Origin: Leucoraja ocellata
Lineage: Eukaryota
DNA length: 64,000 nucleotides
Assembly (NCBI GenBank): GCA_036785375.1
Contig: JAWMAR010000244.1
Location: forward strand, 1,426,001-1,490,000
Direction of reading: 5' to 3'
Part shown: positions 1 to 12,151 of the stretch, piece after piece
How positions within the stretch are numbered: position 1 is the stretch's first letter
Layout of the letters: every line of letters starts with the position of its first letter
Program-made: the position numbers and the translations under genes
The notes under the pieces: generated by a model
The model's input: the letters and a program-made list of their open reading frames with translations, nothing else
Databases searched by the model: none
What the model was told of the DNA's origin: nothing

Positions 1-39
1 AGACATAACAAGTAAAAACTTAATAAGTCTCATCTTTAA

Positions 40-774
40 AATTTAAATTGTTCTTATATTTTAAGAGTCATTCACATTTTAAACTTTAATAAAACCTTTT
101 TACACTTTTAATGCTGTGTGTTCTTCATCGCAATAGGACCTAATAGGCAGGAACGGCTGCTCTGTGGGAGAGCCACTAAGAGTGCATGGGGGGAGGTTGT
201 TTGGAGATGCACTGAATGTGTGGGTGTGAGGGGAATGGCAAGGAGCAGAGTGGGGGGGGGGGGGGGGGTGAAGGTAGGTGGGGTGACTGAGTGAACTGCC
301 AGCGTACCAGGCGTGAGTGTCTGCACTGCCAGCTCACGAGCCGTGAGTTAGTGAACTGCCAGCCCACCAGCTGTAAGTGACTGAACCTCCAGCCCAATAA
401 TCCATTCAGTCCACCCTCTTCCCCCTTCTCTCTTACAGTCTGTCACCTGTTTTGGGCAGAATTTCTGGCAGTTTCTCAGCCGCCAGCCTGCCAGGTCCGA
501 GTGATTGTACTGCCAGGCCTCAGTGACTGAGCTGCCAGGCCTCAATGACTGTGCTGCCAGCCCAAAAATCCATTTGGCCCACAAACCCCATACTAGCCCT
601 CTGGAAATCAGTACCTTTGGCCCACAACACTCATACTAGCGCAACGGAAAGCCCCCCCTTCCCCCCCCCCACCACTGGCCAGCAATATTGGAATTGGTGG
701 AGAGGTGGAATATTGTGTTGGGTGTCCAGCCCTCCCTTGTGATGCTGGGACCCAACGAGTCCCACTTAGTCTAG
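40..774 (+). mobile_element. Non-autonomous Helitron-like element, 3' part (5' end not resolved)
   Basis: Ends TGGGACCC-AAC-GAGTCCCA-CTTAGT-CTAG|T (hairpin 746-764, CTAG 771-774). Bases 620-730 match the reverse complement of the 53833-54565 copy; 50-95 resembles 55124-55170. Degenerate ~30-bp GTGACTGAGTGAACTGCCAGC repeats at 283-560. Confidence 0.75.
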
Positions 775-1358
775 TATTGTATATATATAAAAGTACAGTG
801 TATAGGGAACGTTAAAAAAATATGGGCACCATTTCAACTTTAACTTGCAATTTTCAAGAAACGATATGATAACCAAAATCGCTCCGTGGCAGTCAGATCT
901 GGGAATTAAATGAATCTGCTTATAAAATAAATGTATCTGTTTATAAAAGAGAAAGGGGGGAAATGACAGAAAGGAAGGAAAAGCCTGTGACTAAGGATGA
1001 AATCACTTCAAAAATAAAGGATCTTATGAGAGGCAAGCAGGCAGTGAAGACTTTATGGTATAATTATGAATATTTTAGGGTGTGTTAGGGGTTATATATC
1101 AGCAGCTAAGAAGCGGTAGGTTGCCAAAATGTAGAAATAGCAAATTAGTTAGCAATGGTACAATGACTTTAATGACAGATTTTAAATTTCATATCAATAG
1201 AAATGATCAGAGAAGCCCATGTTTGAATTTCTCAAATGTATTCTGGGTGGTGTATTGTGATAATATGTGCCATAATCTACGAGGGAACAGACCATTATTG
1301 GATTTAGGAATGAGTAATAAGGCAAATTTAGTTAACAGTCAAACAGTGTATGAATCTT

Positions 1359-1452
1359 AGGTACAGAAAAAATCTGGAGAAACTCAGCGGGTGCAGCAGC
1401 ATGTATGGAGCAAAGGAAATAGGCAACGTTTCAGGCCGAAACCCTTCTTCAG
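1359..1452 (-). mobile_element. Penelope-derived short repeat with minimal hammerhead ribozyme core; 15-bp TSD
   Basis: Minus strand reads CTGAAGA-AGGGTTTCGGCCT-GAAACGTT. Flanked by direct repeat CAGTGTATGAATCTT at 1344-1358 and 1450-1464. Confidence 0.75.
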
Positions 1453-2271
1453 TGTATGAATCTTGTCTAATACAAATTATTTCCATGTAGATTTCAAGAG
1501 GGAGAAGCACAAAACAGGTACAATGATTCAAGATTAGATGTGGCTAGCTTTCACAAGATGAGATAGAAAATGGCTATGGATTATTTGTGAATCTGTTAAT
1601 GTGTAAAATGTCAGAAGATCAGTGGGATTTGTTCAGAAAACGTTGATGAAATGCAATTCATAACCCAATAGCTCTAATTGACTTTAAAAGCATAGCTGAC
1701 TAAACTGATAGCATTAAAACTAGAAATGGAACATATCTTGGTGACTTTGAGTGACACAAAGAAAAACAAATAGTGAAAAGGGAGCTACAAAAAAGCAATC
1801 TGAAAAGTAGAATCTATACAAAAACTTACAAATCTATTGATCAAGTGAGATGTGCCTTCTGTAGTATTATTTCAAATGGAAATTAAGAAGTAATTGACGT
1901 TGCAAAACAACTTTAAATCAGTATTTATCATAAAGGAGAGTAAGCTGAAAACCTATTAAAATTAATATTGAATCAAGAACAGGGTGTCATCAGATTAACC
2001 AAAGTGAACTATATAATGATGCTATCTGGATATTTTGATTCTATCTGCATGAATTTCCCCTGGGTGTTCTGTTTCCTTCCATATCCCACAGATGTCCTGG
2101 TTGGTACCTTAATTGGCTACTGTAAATTGCCCTTAATATAAGTGGGTGGGTAGAAGAATCAGTTTTGTTAATGCGCATGTGTGGAGGAATAGGTAAGGAA
2201 GAAATCGATAGGAGAATGAAAATGGTGTTGCTCTGAGAGCAGGCATGTCGATGGATAAATGGCCTATTTCT

Positions 2272-2355
2272 TCATCTGCATTTCGTTGTACTGCATATCG
2301 CTGTCTCTGTACTGTACACTGACAATGACAATTAAAGTTGAATCTGAATCTGAAT
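2272..2355 (+). mobile_element. Rex1/Babar-type LINE 3' tail fragment
   Basis: CTGTACTGTACACTGACAATGACAATTAAAGTT followed by (GAATCT)n, the same tail as the Rex1 copy at 43668-44827. Confidence 0.65.
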
Positions 2356-2583
2356 TATGAATATTAATATACAAATATTTAAAATGACCAAAAAAATCAG
2401 AACCAAATGATTTCAATTGAAGAGAAACAAGTAAGAACATTGCAGAAACTTAGCTATAATGTTCCAAGTTTATTTGGTCTATTTGTATAGATTGGAAAAT
2501 TGGGAGATTTTCTCTATTATTTAAGGTTTTGGAGAGAAGGAAACAAAGATATTATAGATCAGTTCCTCTGACAACTGTCATCT

Positions 2584-3007
2584 AGTCAAGTCAAGTCAAG
2601 TTTATTTGTCACATACACATACGAGATGTGCAGTGAAATGAAAGTGGCAATGCTCACGGACTTTTGTGCAAAAGACAAACAACAAAACAACCAAACAAAT
2701 TATAAACACAATCATAACACACATATTCTTTTACATAATAAGTAATGGAAGGAAAAACGTTCTGTAGAGTTAGTCCCTGGTGAGATAGGCGTTTACAGTC
2801 CGAATTGCCTCTGGGAAGAAACTCCTTCTCAACCTCTCCGTTCTCACCGCATGGCAACAGAGGCGTTTGCCTGACCGTAGCAGCTGGAACAGTCCGTTGC
2901 AGGGGTGGAAGGGGTCTCCCATGATTTTATTTGCTCTGGAGTTGCACCTCCTGTTGTATAGTTCCTGCAGGGGGGTGAGTGAAGTTCCCATAGTGCGTTC
3001 GGCCGAA
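2584..3007 (-). mobile_element. 5'-truncated Rex1/Babar LINE (RT C-terminus + 3'UTR)
   Basis: ORF 2770-2991 (LQELYNRRC...HPCNGLFQLLRSGKRL...SFFPEAIR) is homologous to the C-terminus of the RT at 15992-16807; (CTTGA)n tail at 2584-2600. Confidence 0.8.
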
Positions 3008-3164
3008 CTAGAATCTAGAAATTACTAGTGAATATTTAGGCTAAAAGTGGTTCAACATGAGGCAAATTTTCAGCAGATGAGAGAGTGCTGCGATTGTAGC
3101 AGATAGCACGTGAAAGTAAAAGCTTGAGAGAGTTCACAAAGGGCTCCTCATACAGGTACTCGCC

Positions 3165-3716
3165 TCATCACATTCTTTGATTTGGTCTCATAATTTGAGA
3201 AAGGACATTCTTGCTATTGAGGGATTGCAACATAGGTTCACCACGTTAATTCTCGGAATGGCGGGACTGACATATGATGAAAGAATGGGACGACAGGGCT
3301 TGTATTCACTGGAATTTAGGATGGGAGGGGATCTTATAGAAACACATAAAATTCTTAAAGGATTGGACAGGCTAGATGCAGGAAAAATGTTCCCGATGTT
3401 GGGGGAGTCCAGAACTAGGGGTCACAGTTTATGAATAAGGGGTAGGCCATTTAAGACTGAGATGAGGAAAAACATTTTCACCCAAAGAATTGTGAATCTG
3501 TGGAATTCTCTGCTAGAGAAGGCAGTGGAGGCCAATTCACTGGATGTTTTCAAGAGCCAGTTAGATTTAGCTCTTCAGGCTAAAGGAATCAAGGATATGA
3601 GGAAAAAGCAGAAACCGGGTACTGATTTTGAATGATCAGCCATGATCATGTTGAATGACAGCGCTGGCTCGAAGGGCTGAATGGTTTACTTCTGCACCTA
3701 TTTTCTATGTTTCTAT
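3165..3716 (+). mobile_element. 5'-truncated CR1 LINE
   Basis: Encodes [14 protein letters not shown]...[20 protein letters not shown]; 3'UTR ends in TTTCTATG repeats. Confidence 0.9.
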
Positions 3717-4234
3717 AAGCTCCACAATTTTATTGATTCTTAGCAGGGTAAGTCTTCGGGTAACTTTGGATCATTGATGTTTTTAATGGTGCTTAAGAAT
3801 CCACACATGCCCTGATTATAGACTTGTTTAGTGGCAACTTGCATGAGAGTCTCAAGTGGACATGCACGCTCTGAGCCGTTCAAATTATAGGTAAAGTATA
3901 ATTCAAAGTAAATGTGACACAGAAATACAACAGGCCACAACAATAGTTTTATTTGAATGAAGCCATTAAGTGGACCATTCTTATCCCTGTCCCTCACCTT
4001 TCAATTTGGTGACTGAGGGCAGTGTGATCTTTGTTCTGCATCAAGAGTAATTCCTCATCATGTAGATTAAACAACAGTCCAAGATAAGGTGAAGTTAGCA
4101 TCGAAAGATAAGAAGTTTGCCACTGATAACACCGCTATGGCTTACTTCTGCACCTATGTTACAGTGACCTTGTGTTCACTGTAACCTGCCCATCTTCATC
4201 ATGGGAATTAGCTTATATTGCAGTAAATTATGAT

Positions 4235-4440
4235 GAATGACTGAATTAATATTTTATTGTCACATGTGACATACCCACATGCTTTGGGTATGTGACACAT
4301 ACCCAAAGCATGCAAATAGTTGCAACATTGAGGGCGCTTACAAAGTTACAGAGTACTCCCAGGTTGGGTCCTCCATTGTTCATTGTTCTTTCCCCTCCTT
4401 CATGGCAGTCCCATCAAGCCGGGGCACCCCGCTGTGTAAC
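4235..4440 (-). mobile_element. Short non-coding retroposon fragment, (ATTC)n-tailed family
   Basis: Reverse complement resembles 39875-40186 (ACTTTGTAAGCGCCC...TTGCAT...TGTCACATGTGACAATAA). Confidence 0.5.
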
Positions 4441-4562
4441 ATGCATTGCCAGGATCCTCTCAAACTCCTCCGGCTTGCAGCTGAAGAGATCTCTTAAGAG
4501 TGTATGTGCAATATGTCCATTAGGAGGCACAAGGATGCCATTTTCACTTTACAACCAGTCCA

Positions 4563-4790
4563 TAGAAATATAGAAATTAGGTGCAGAAGTAGGCCATTCA
4601 GCCCTTCGAGCCTGCGCCGCCATTCAATATGATCATGGCTGATCATCCAACTCAGTATCCCGTACCTGCCTTCTCTCCACACCCCCTGATCCCTTTAGCC
4701 ACAAGGGCCACATCTAACTCTTAAATATAGCTAATGAACTGGCCTCAACTACCTCCTGTGGCAGAGAATTCCAGAGATTCACCACTCTCC
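4563..4790 (-). mobile_element. CR1 3' end fragment
   Basis: TAGAAA-type tail and GGCCATTCAGCCCTTCGAGCC 3'UTR, matching other CR1 copies. Confidence 0.85.
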
Positions 4791-4982
4791 ACTGCATCTC
4801 TCTTTGAAGACCATTGTTTAGAATGGTCCATGTAGAGTTTCAAAAGGCAGAGGATAAAATGATGAAAAACTCCTGAAATTTGTGCCGAATGCTTCCCAAT
4901 TTGCATGCCATAATGGAATACTTTCCTGAAATAAGGTACAGAGTAGAAGGTTATGATGCTTATGATGCAGTTTTATAGGTTA

Positions 4983-6196
4983 CTAGACCAAGTGCAGACC
5001 CGTTGGGTCTGTTCCCCCAACGTGCGGTTGTGGAGGGGGAAGCGGCATGCAGCGTCACACACACTAACTATCTCCCCCCCCCCCCCGCACTCACGCTAAT
5101 TATTGATATTATATTAATATTATTACTTTGCTCCTTTTACCCCATAACCACCCTATCTACTGACGCATAGCCCCCAACTTGCAGTCACATCTAGAGAGGG
5201 GGGGAGGGGAGCGGGTAGAGAGTGAGAGCAGAGAGAGATGGGGCAGAGACACGGAGAGAGGGGCAAAAGGGCGAGGGGGGTGGTGAGGAGGAGAAGAGGG
5301 AGGGTGGGTGAGAGGGAAAAGGTGGGGGTGGAGGGGAGGAGAGAGAGAAGGTGAGAGTGAGGGGGAGAGGGGGGGAGGTGAGGGGAGGGGGGAGGGGGGG
5401 AGGTGAGGGGAGGGGGAGAGGTGGGGAGCAGGGAGGGTGGAGGGAAGGGTGTAGGGGTATGTGGAGGGGATGGAGGTTTAGGCGAGGGATGGTGGGGGAG
5501 AGGATGGAGGGGAGCAGTGGGAGGAAAAGAGGGNNNNNNNNNNNNNNNNNNNNNNNNNNNNNNNNNNNNNNNNNNNNNNNNNNNNNNNNNNNNNNNNNNN
5601 NNNNNNNNNNNNNNNNNNNNNNNNNNNNNNNNNNNNNNNNNNNNNNNNNNNNNNNNNNNNNNNNNNNNNNNNNNNNNNNNNNNNNNNNNNNNNNNNNNNN
5701 NNNNNNNNNNNNNNNNNNTTTATTTCAACCCAAACCCCCCATACAACCATGTATGGGGGGTTTATTTCAACCCAAACCCCCCATACAACCATTTGCAGGC
5801 AGTGCTTTTTTACTTTAACCAAATTTTCATTTTCAAACCACATTAAGGGTACTTACTCACAGTTGTGTGCACATGTGTTCAGTATTATTCACAGCTCAGA
5901 GAAACGTGACCCTCTGCCTTCCTCCAGCTTGCAGACTAATTGAGGCACACCACTTCCTGGTTTTATAGTCCATCCCCCCTGCCGCCAGCGGGGGCAGCAG
6001 AGAGAATGGGGAATTTTGTAAAATCATTAACATCTCTGTCATTTTTCATCGACTGGTAAAATCCTCAGCACACATGTGGCAGAGGGGGGCTCTGAGTGTG
6101 GTGGCCAAAAATAACGGCCGTAGGTGGCGGCGTTCTCTCGGAAATCGCAGCACAGATCGCCAAAACGGGTCAAGAACAGACTTTTAGTAATATAGA
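4983..6196 (-). mobile_element. Non-autonomous Helitron-like element, both termini present
   Basis: Minus strand: A|TCTATATTACTAAAAG ... CAGACCC-AAC-GGGTCTG-CACTTGGT-CTAG|T. Inserted between A and T with no TSD, inside an old CR1 fragment. Contains a G/A-rich tract, an N gap and a 42-bp tandem duplication. Confidence 0.85.
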
Positions 6197-6725
6197 TGAT
6201 GCATTTGAATTAGTGTGTGCAATTCTGGTCACCCCAATACAGGAATGTTTTGGGAAATTTGGATAGGGTGCAAAAGAGATTTACCTGAATGATGCCTGAA
6301 TTAGCGAGTATTAGTTATAAGGAGAGATTAGGTAAACTTGAATTGTTTTCCCAAGAATGATGGAGGATGGGGAGAGGCTTGATAAAAGTATATCAAATTT
6401 TGAGAGTAGTAGATATGGTAGACAGTCACATGGAAATATCACATACTAGAGAGCATAGATTTAAGACGAGGGAGGTAACGTTTAAAAGAGACATTTGGGG
6501 CACGTTATTTTACACATGAGGTGGTTGGTGTTTGGCACGTTCTGCCATGAGTATGGAAGCAGATATGATAGTGGTGTTTAAAAGGTTTTTAGATAGGCAC
6601 ATGGATATGCAAGGTATGGGGGATATGGGTCATGTGCAGGCAGATGAGATCAGGTTTGCTGGCATCATGTTCGGCACAGACATTATGGGCCAAAGGGCCT
6701 GTTCCTGTGCTATGCTGTGTTCTGT
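6197..6725 (+). mobile_element. Old CR1 fragment, continuing from ~4925-4982 and split by the Helitron
   Basis: Degenerate CR1 C-terminal coding (GTGTGCAATTCTGGTCACCC) and GGGCCAAAGGGCCTGTT 3' end. Confidence 0.7.
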
Positions 6726-7569
6726 GCTCCGCAAGTGATTTTGTAGGTGCAACAAACAGAATAGCACCTTTCTCTTCTACATCACCTCATGATTTTCAAA
6801 TGCTGAAGATAAACTCAGTGGCATGATTGTAATGATCATTTTTGCAAATGGCCTCACTGGCATTCAAACCCAATATCAACTATAAAAAAGAACAGAAACA
6901 TATTGCTGATACGAAGGAAAATGCATCAGATCAATTAAACTGATGATGAAGGGCTATACTTACACTTATGTAATTCTCCAGCAATGCCAACATTTTGGAA
7001 TCATAGAAATCAATCTCTCTGATTAACACTAAATTAGTGGATGATGTGAGACCCAATGCAACTCAAGAGCAAATCTTGCTTCTGTCCTCACTTATTAATT
7101 TAATCAGAAGGGGATCTGGCTGGATTCCATCCTGCCATCTGAACTCAGTTACTCACAAGCTGCTTTCTGAGATATGAGGTTTGGAGCAATGTAAATGCAG
7201 ACTTTACCATCTAATGTGACATTGGTTAGAAAACCACCTGCTTTATATTCCATCCCAACATCTGACATCATTTTAATTCTCTGGAAGTCCATATAATTGG
7301 ATATAACTTCAAATTTTAACATTTACAATATTAATATTTCAAATTGATGATTGAGTTTTAACAATCTCAAATGGGGTCAAGTGAAACAGAGAAGCAACTC
7401 AGAAATTAGCGTTGTCAGTTTTTTGTTGCTTTTCAGTAGGACAAATAACCAGAATGGAGCTGCACTTAACATATCTTTTTATTGAAACCAATCAACACTT
7501 AACTAACATCAATGGCTAATACAACAGTCATATCACATTGTACAAATAGTTCCCTACAGCTTATTATCT

Positions 7570-7765
7570 TTAGTTTAGTTTTGAGTCGCAACATGGAAAC
7601 AGTCCCTTTGGCTCACCGAGTCCACTCAGGTTTTTGATCACCCATATTAGTTCTATGTTATCCTACTGTTCCTACATATTAGGGGCAATTTGCGGAGGGT
7701 AATTACCCTACAGACCCCCACGTCTTTGAGATATAGGAGGATACCGGAGCACCCAGATGAAGCTC
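7570..7765 (-). mobile_element. HE1-like (V-SINE) tRNA-derived SINE, partial
   Basis: Reverse complement matches the body and (TAAAC)n tail of the full copies at 27263, 49728 and 53272. Confidence 0.7.
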
Positions 7766-8032
7766 CCATTATAATAAAAAGATTGTGCATCAAATCATCA
7801 CTATTTGTACATGCCCCACAATTTCCAGAATGGTGTGGTTTATTTTGCATGGTACTGAGTTCTGTCAGTTTCAAAAGAACATACTTTATTAACCTATTGC
7901 AGGCTCTTGCAGCTGCAAGTAAAATCTCTTCAGTCAGCTGTGGAAGGGATTTTTGCCAAGAACCTATTCATGTGCAGGACAGTCTTAAAGGGACATACCA
8001 CAAACAGCCCCTTTACAAGGAAGTATTTCAGA

Positions 8033-8381
8033 TTAATCATAATCATAATCGTAATCATAATGGTACTTTATTAGACGCATGTTTTGCAACATACGTGGAA
8101 TTTAATTTGCCATACAGTCATACCAATAAAGAGCAACAAGAAACCCAAATAAATGGTTACCATGAGCATCCACCACAGCAACTCCCCCACATCCTCACTG
8201 TGATGGAAGGCAAAAAAAGTTAAATCATCTTCCCTTCTTTGTTCTCGCGGTCAGACCACTCGAACTTTCCATTGTCGGGGCGATCTTGGCTCCCGCAGCC
8301 GGCGGTCGAGCCCTCCGCATCGGGGTGATCAAGCTCCCGCATCGGGGGGGATCTCAGTTCCCCGTGCCGGGCGATCAAACC
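8033..8381 (-). mobile_element. GC-rich non-coding retroposon, 3' portion
   Basis: Same family as 11607-12151: GCCTTCCATCACAGTGAGG hairpin, TGTTGCAAAACAT block and (ATTATG)n tail. Confidence 0.7.
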
Positions 8382-8491
8382 CATCAATGATATTGTGTGA
8401 ATACCTGAATAATATTGTGTGAATACCTGATCTTTTGGAAAGTCTGCAATTGCAACAAATATTCACATCCACTGTGTCTGCTCCTGCAATG

Positions 8492-9465
8492 CCATATAAC
8501 CAGATAACAATTACAGCACGGAAACAGGCCATCTCGGCCCTACAAGTCCGTGCCAAACACGTATTCTCCCCTAGTCCCATCTACCTGCACTCAGACCATA
8601 ACCCTCCATTCCTTTCCCGTCCATATAACTATCCAATTTATTTTTAAATGATAAAATCGAACCTGCCTCCACCACCTTCACTGGAAGCTCATTCCACACA
8701 GCTACCACTCTCTGAGTAAAGAGGTTCCCCCTCATGTTACCCCTAAACTTCTGTCCCTTAATTCTCAAGCCATGTCCTCTTGTTTGAATCTTCCTTACTC
8801 TCAGTGGGAAAAGCTTATCCACGGGGACATTATCCTCTATTGTCCCCCCTTAACCTTCTGCACTCCAAAGAATAAAGACCTAACTTGTTCAACCTTTCTC
8901 TGTAACGTAGTTGCTGAAACCCAGGCAACATTCTTGTAAATCTCCTCTGTATTCTCTCTATTTTGTTGACATCCTTCCTATAATTAGGCGACCAAAATTG
9001 TACACCATACTCCAGAATTGGCCTCACCAATGCCTTGTACAATTTTAACATTACATCCCAAATTCTATACTCAATGCTCTGATTTATAAAGGCCAGCACA
9101 CCAAAAGCTTTCTTTACCACCCTATCTACATGAGATTCCACCTTCAGGGAACTGTGCACAGTTATTCCTAGATCCCTCTGTTCAACTGCATTCCTCAATT
9201 CACTACCATTTACCATGTACGTCCTATTTAGATTTGTCCTGCCAAGATGTAGCACCTCACACTTATCAGCATTAAACTCCATCTGCCATCTTTCAGCCCA
9301 CTCTTCCAAATGGCCTAAATCTCTCTGTAGACTTTGAAAATCTACTTCATTATCCACAACACCACCTATCTTAGTATCATCTGCATACTTACTAATCCAA
9401 TTTACCACACCATCATCCAGATCATTGATGTACATGACAAACAACAGTGGACCCAACACAGATCC
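8492..9465 (-). mobile_element. CR1 LINE, 5'-truncated, with RT core
   Basis: ORF 8830-9510: GSVLGPLLF.MYINDLD...KYADDTK...LVRPILEYGVQFWSP; (ATGGTTAT)-type tail. Confidence 0.92.
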
Positions 9466-10190
9466 ATGTCCTTTTGCATGGAGCTTGGATGACCTCCCTA
9501 TTGCAGCCACAGTGAGATGAGATGGAGACTTTCATGAGCAACTGCATCCTGGAATGGTTCGTAGTCTGGGAAGAGAAATGTGACTGATCTTGATCTCCAT
9601 AGGGAAAGGTTTGAAAACACCTGTGTCAGTCCTGTGTTTCAGGTCACAGTAAGTTATAAATTGAGGAGAAAGTTCTTCATAAAACCTGGTTTCCATGGCA
9701 ATAGGCTAAAAGCTGGTTGTTCTGTGAGTATGTAAATAAATTAATTTTCCAATATGTGAAGGTTGAAAACTGTGCTGCAAGTGAAACTGCCATGATTTGG
9801 AGAGGGGCCTGGAAGAGTGGAAATTCTGCTGACCAATAAGGAAGTAAATAAGACAGGCACCAAGGCACGCTGAAAATGAGGCAATATTGCTCTGCCTCAA
9901 GTTAAATACACGTTCAAGCACACCCAAGGCTGTTTATTGGAGTTATGCTAAGGTATTCCCAAAGAGGTTCCAAAGGCATGCGGATTGTTGGGTAATTGAC
10001 CTCTATAAATTGCCCCTAGTGTGTAGGGAGTGGACGTGAAAATAGGACAACATAGAACTACTATGAACAATGGTCGGCATGGACTCAGTTGGCCCAAGGG
10101 CCTGTTTCTATGCTGGATCTTTCAATTAATTCTTAGAATCTTAAAAAAAATTATCTTATTTCGTGATTCTGGGATCTATTACATAACTAA

Positions 10191-10758
10191 CATAACCATA
10201 TAACCATATAACAATTACAGCACGGAAACAGGCCATCTCGGCCCTACAAGTCCGTGCCGAACACTCATTTTCCCCTAGTCCCATCTACCTGCACTCAGAT
10301 CATAACCCTCCATTCCTTTCCCATCCATATACCTATCCAATTTATTTTTAAATGATAAAATCAAACCTGCCTCCACCACTTCCACTGGAAGCTCATTCCG
10401 CACAGCTACCACTCTCATGTTACCCCTAAACTTTTGTCCCTTAATTCTGAAATCATGTCCTCTTGTTTGAATCTTCCCTACTCTCAATGGGAAAAGCTTA
10501 TCCACGTCAACTCTGTCTATCCCTCTCATCATTTTAAAGACCTCTATCAAGTCCCCCCTTAACCTTCTGCGCTCCAAAGAATAAAGACCTAACGTGTTCA
10601 ACCTTTCTCTGTAACTAAGTTGCTGAAACCCAAGCAACATTCTAGTAAATCTCCTCTGTATTCTCTCTATTTTGTTGACATCCTTCCTATAATTGGGTGA
10701 CCAAAATTGTACACCATACTCCAGAATTGGCCTCACCAATGCCTTGTACAATTTTAAT
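10191..10758 (-). mobile_element. CR1 LINE, same subfamily as 8492-9465
   Basis: Near-identical 3' 560 bp and ORF LYKALVRPILEYGVQFWSPNYRKD. Confidence 0.92.
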
Positions 10759-10919
10759 GTACAATCTATGCCTGTAATAGGTTGTACAAAATATGAAGAG
10801 ATCACTCAAAGAGAAATAAAATACTGCAAATTATTAAACTCTGGGACTCTTTGTCGAGCCCAACCAATTTAGTGGCATACCACAAGGTCTCAGATGAATC
10901 AAATGAAAATGTACACTTC

Positions 10920-11085
10920 CTTATTTCTGTATCTCCCCCTCCCCTGACTCTCAGTCGGACGAATTGTCTCGACCCAAAATGTCACTCATTCCTTCTCTCC
11001 AGAAATGCTACCTGTCCTGCTGAGTTACTCCAGCATTTTGTGTCTATATTCGGTTTAAACCAGCATGTGCAGTTCCTTCCTTCGG
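10920..11085 (+). mobile_element. Penelope-derived short repeat (degenerate hammerhead)
   Basis: CAGTCGGACGAATTGTCTCGACCCAAAATGTCAC followed by the family body GCTGAGTTACTCCAGCATTTTGTGTC. Confidence 0.65.
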
Positions 11086-11606
11086 AAAATGTTTCAAGTT
11101 GGGTCTTCATGGACGGACACAGATCAAATCAACATCCTGATGAATATTGTATATTACATAAGATTTAACTCGGAGCCAGATTATATGCTAAATTTCAACA
11201 GTGAGTGTTGTAGTGTATAAATTCTGAATTTTATGATAATATTTTTATGGTTTGTATTTAAAATTGCATCAGGATTTTTTTTTGTTATCAATCTAAAAAA
11301 GACACTGTATAGAAGGAAAGCAAGTTAACCTCCAGGGAACAGTACCTAGCAAATTAATTATTTACACCATCTCAGTAGGCAAAGTACTGAAATAATCATT
11401 GGATCGGATTAAATAAATGAGTAAATTAGAATGTATGACAAACAAAAATTAGCCATGCACTGGTAGGACATTATCCAGGATACAAAGAAAATCAAATTAA
11501 TTTCAAATAATTTTACAATTCAGCTTGTTATAAAATGCAATTGGATACTTGGTAAAGTGCCGATGGCATTGCCTCAAGCCAGATGACAAACAATACAATA
11601 TATAAG

Positions 11607-12151
11607 CATTGACCACCAGCGGAGCCGAACGATTGGCAACCCTGCCAACGGTCTGTTTGTTTTTTCGTCTTCTTTTCATTCTTAGTGCATGAGACGGGGA
11701 ACGTTTCTGGTCGCTCTGCAGCCGACCATCGATGGAGCTGCGGATTTACCATCAAGAGCTCGTATTCGGGAGAGGCTAGTCGAACGCAAAGGCTCGACCA
11801 GCCCCGACGCGGGGTTTGATCGCCCGGCACAAGGGAGCTGACATCCCCCCGATGCAGGAGCTGGATCGCCCCGACGCAGAGGGCCCAAAACGCCGCCGGC
11901 TACGGGAATCAAGATCATCCCGTCAACGGAGGGCTCGAGGCCCATGACCACGGGAGAGCAAAGGGAAGAGATTGAACTTTTTATCGCCTTCCACCACAGT
12001 GAGGAATGTGGAGGAGTCACTATGCTGGATGTTTATGTTAAAATGTGTTTTGTGTATTCTGTTGCTTTTTATTTGTATGACTGACTTGGCAAATGAAATT
12101 TGTCATATGTTGCAAAACATACTTAGCTAATAAATTATTATTGTGATTTTG
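11607..12151 (+). mobile_element. GC-rich non-coding retroposon with 3' hairpin and microsatellite tail
   Basis: CpG-rich body, 3' stem CCACCACAGTGA...TCACTATGCTGG (11991-12028), ATTGTG-like tail, candidate TSD ATATAAG (11600-11606 / 12152-12158). Confidence 0.7.

Noticed and set aside
800-2580. A-rich stretch as a possible ancient L1 ORF2
   Set aside because: Only faint resemblance (KLILNQEQGVIRL near 1960-2000); no diagnostic motif I can support.
7690-8223. 177-aa plus-strand ORF
   Set aside because: Begins in an antisense SINE and ends in an antisense retroposon tail; no domain.
8387-8430. Short tandem duplication ATATTGTGTGAATACCTGA x2
   Set aside because: Ordinary local slippage; no further structure.
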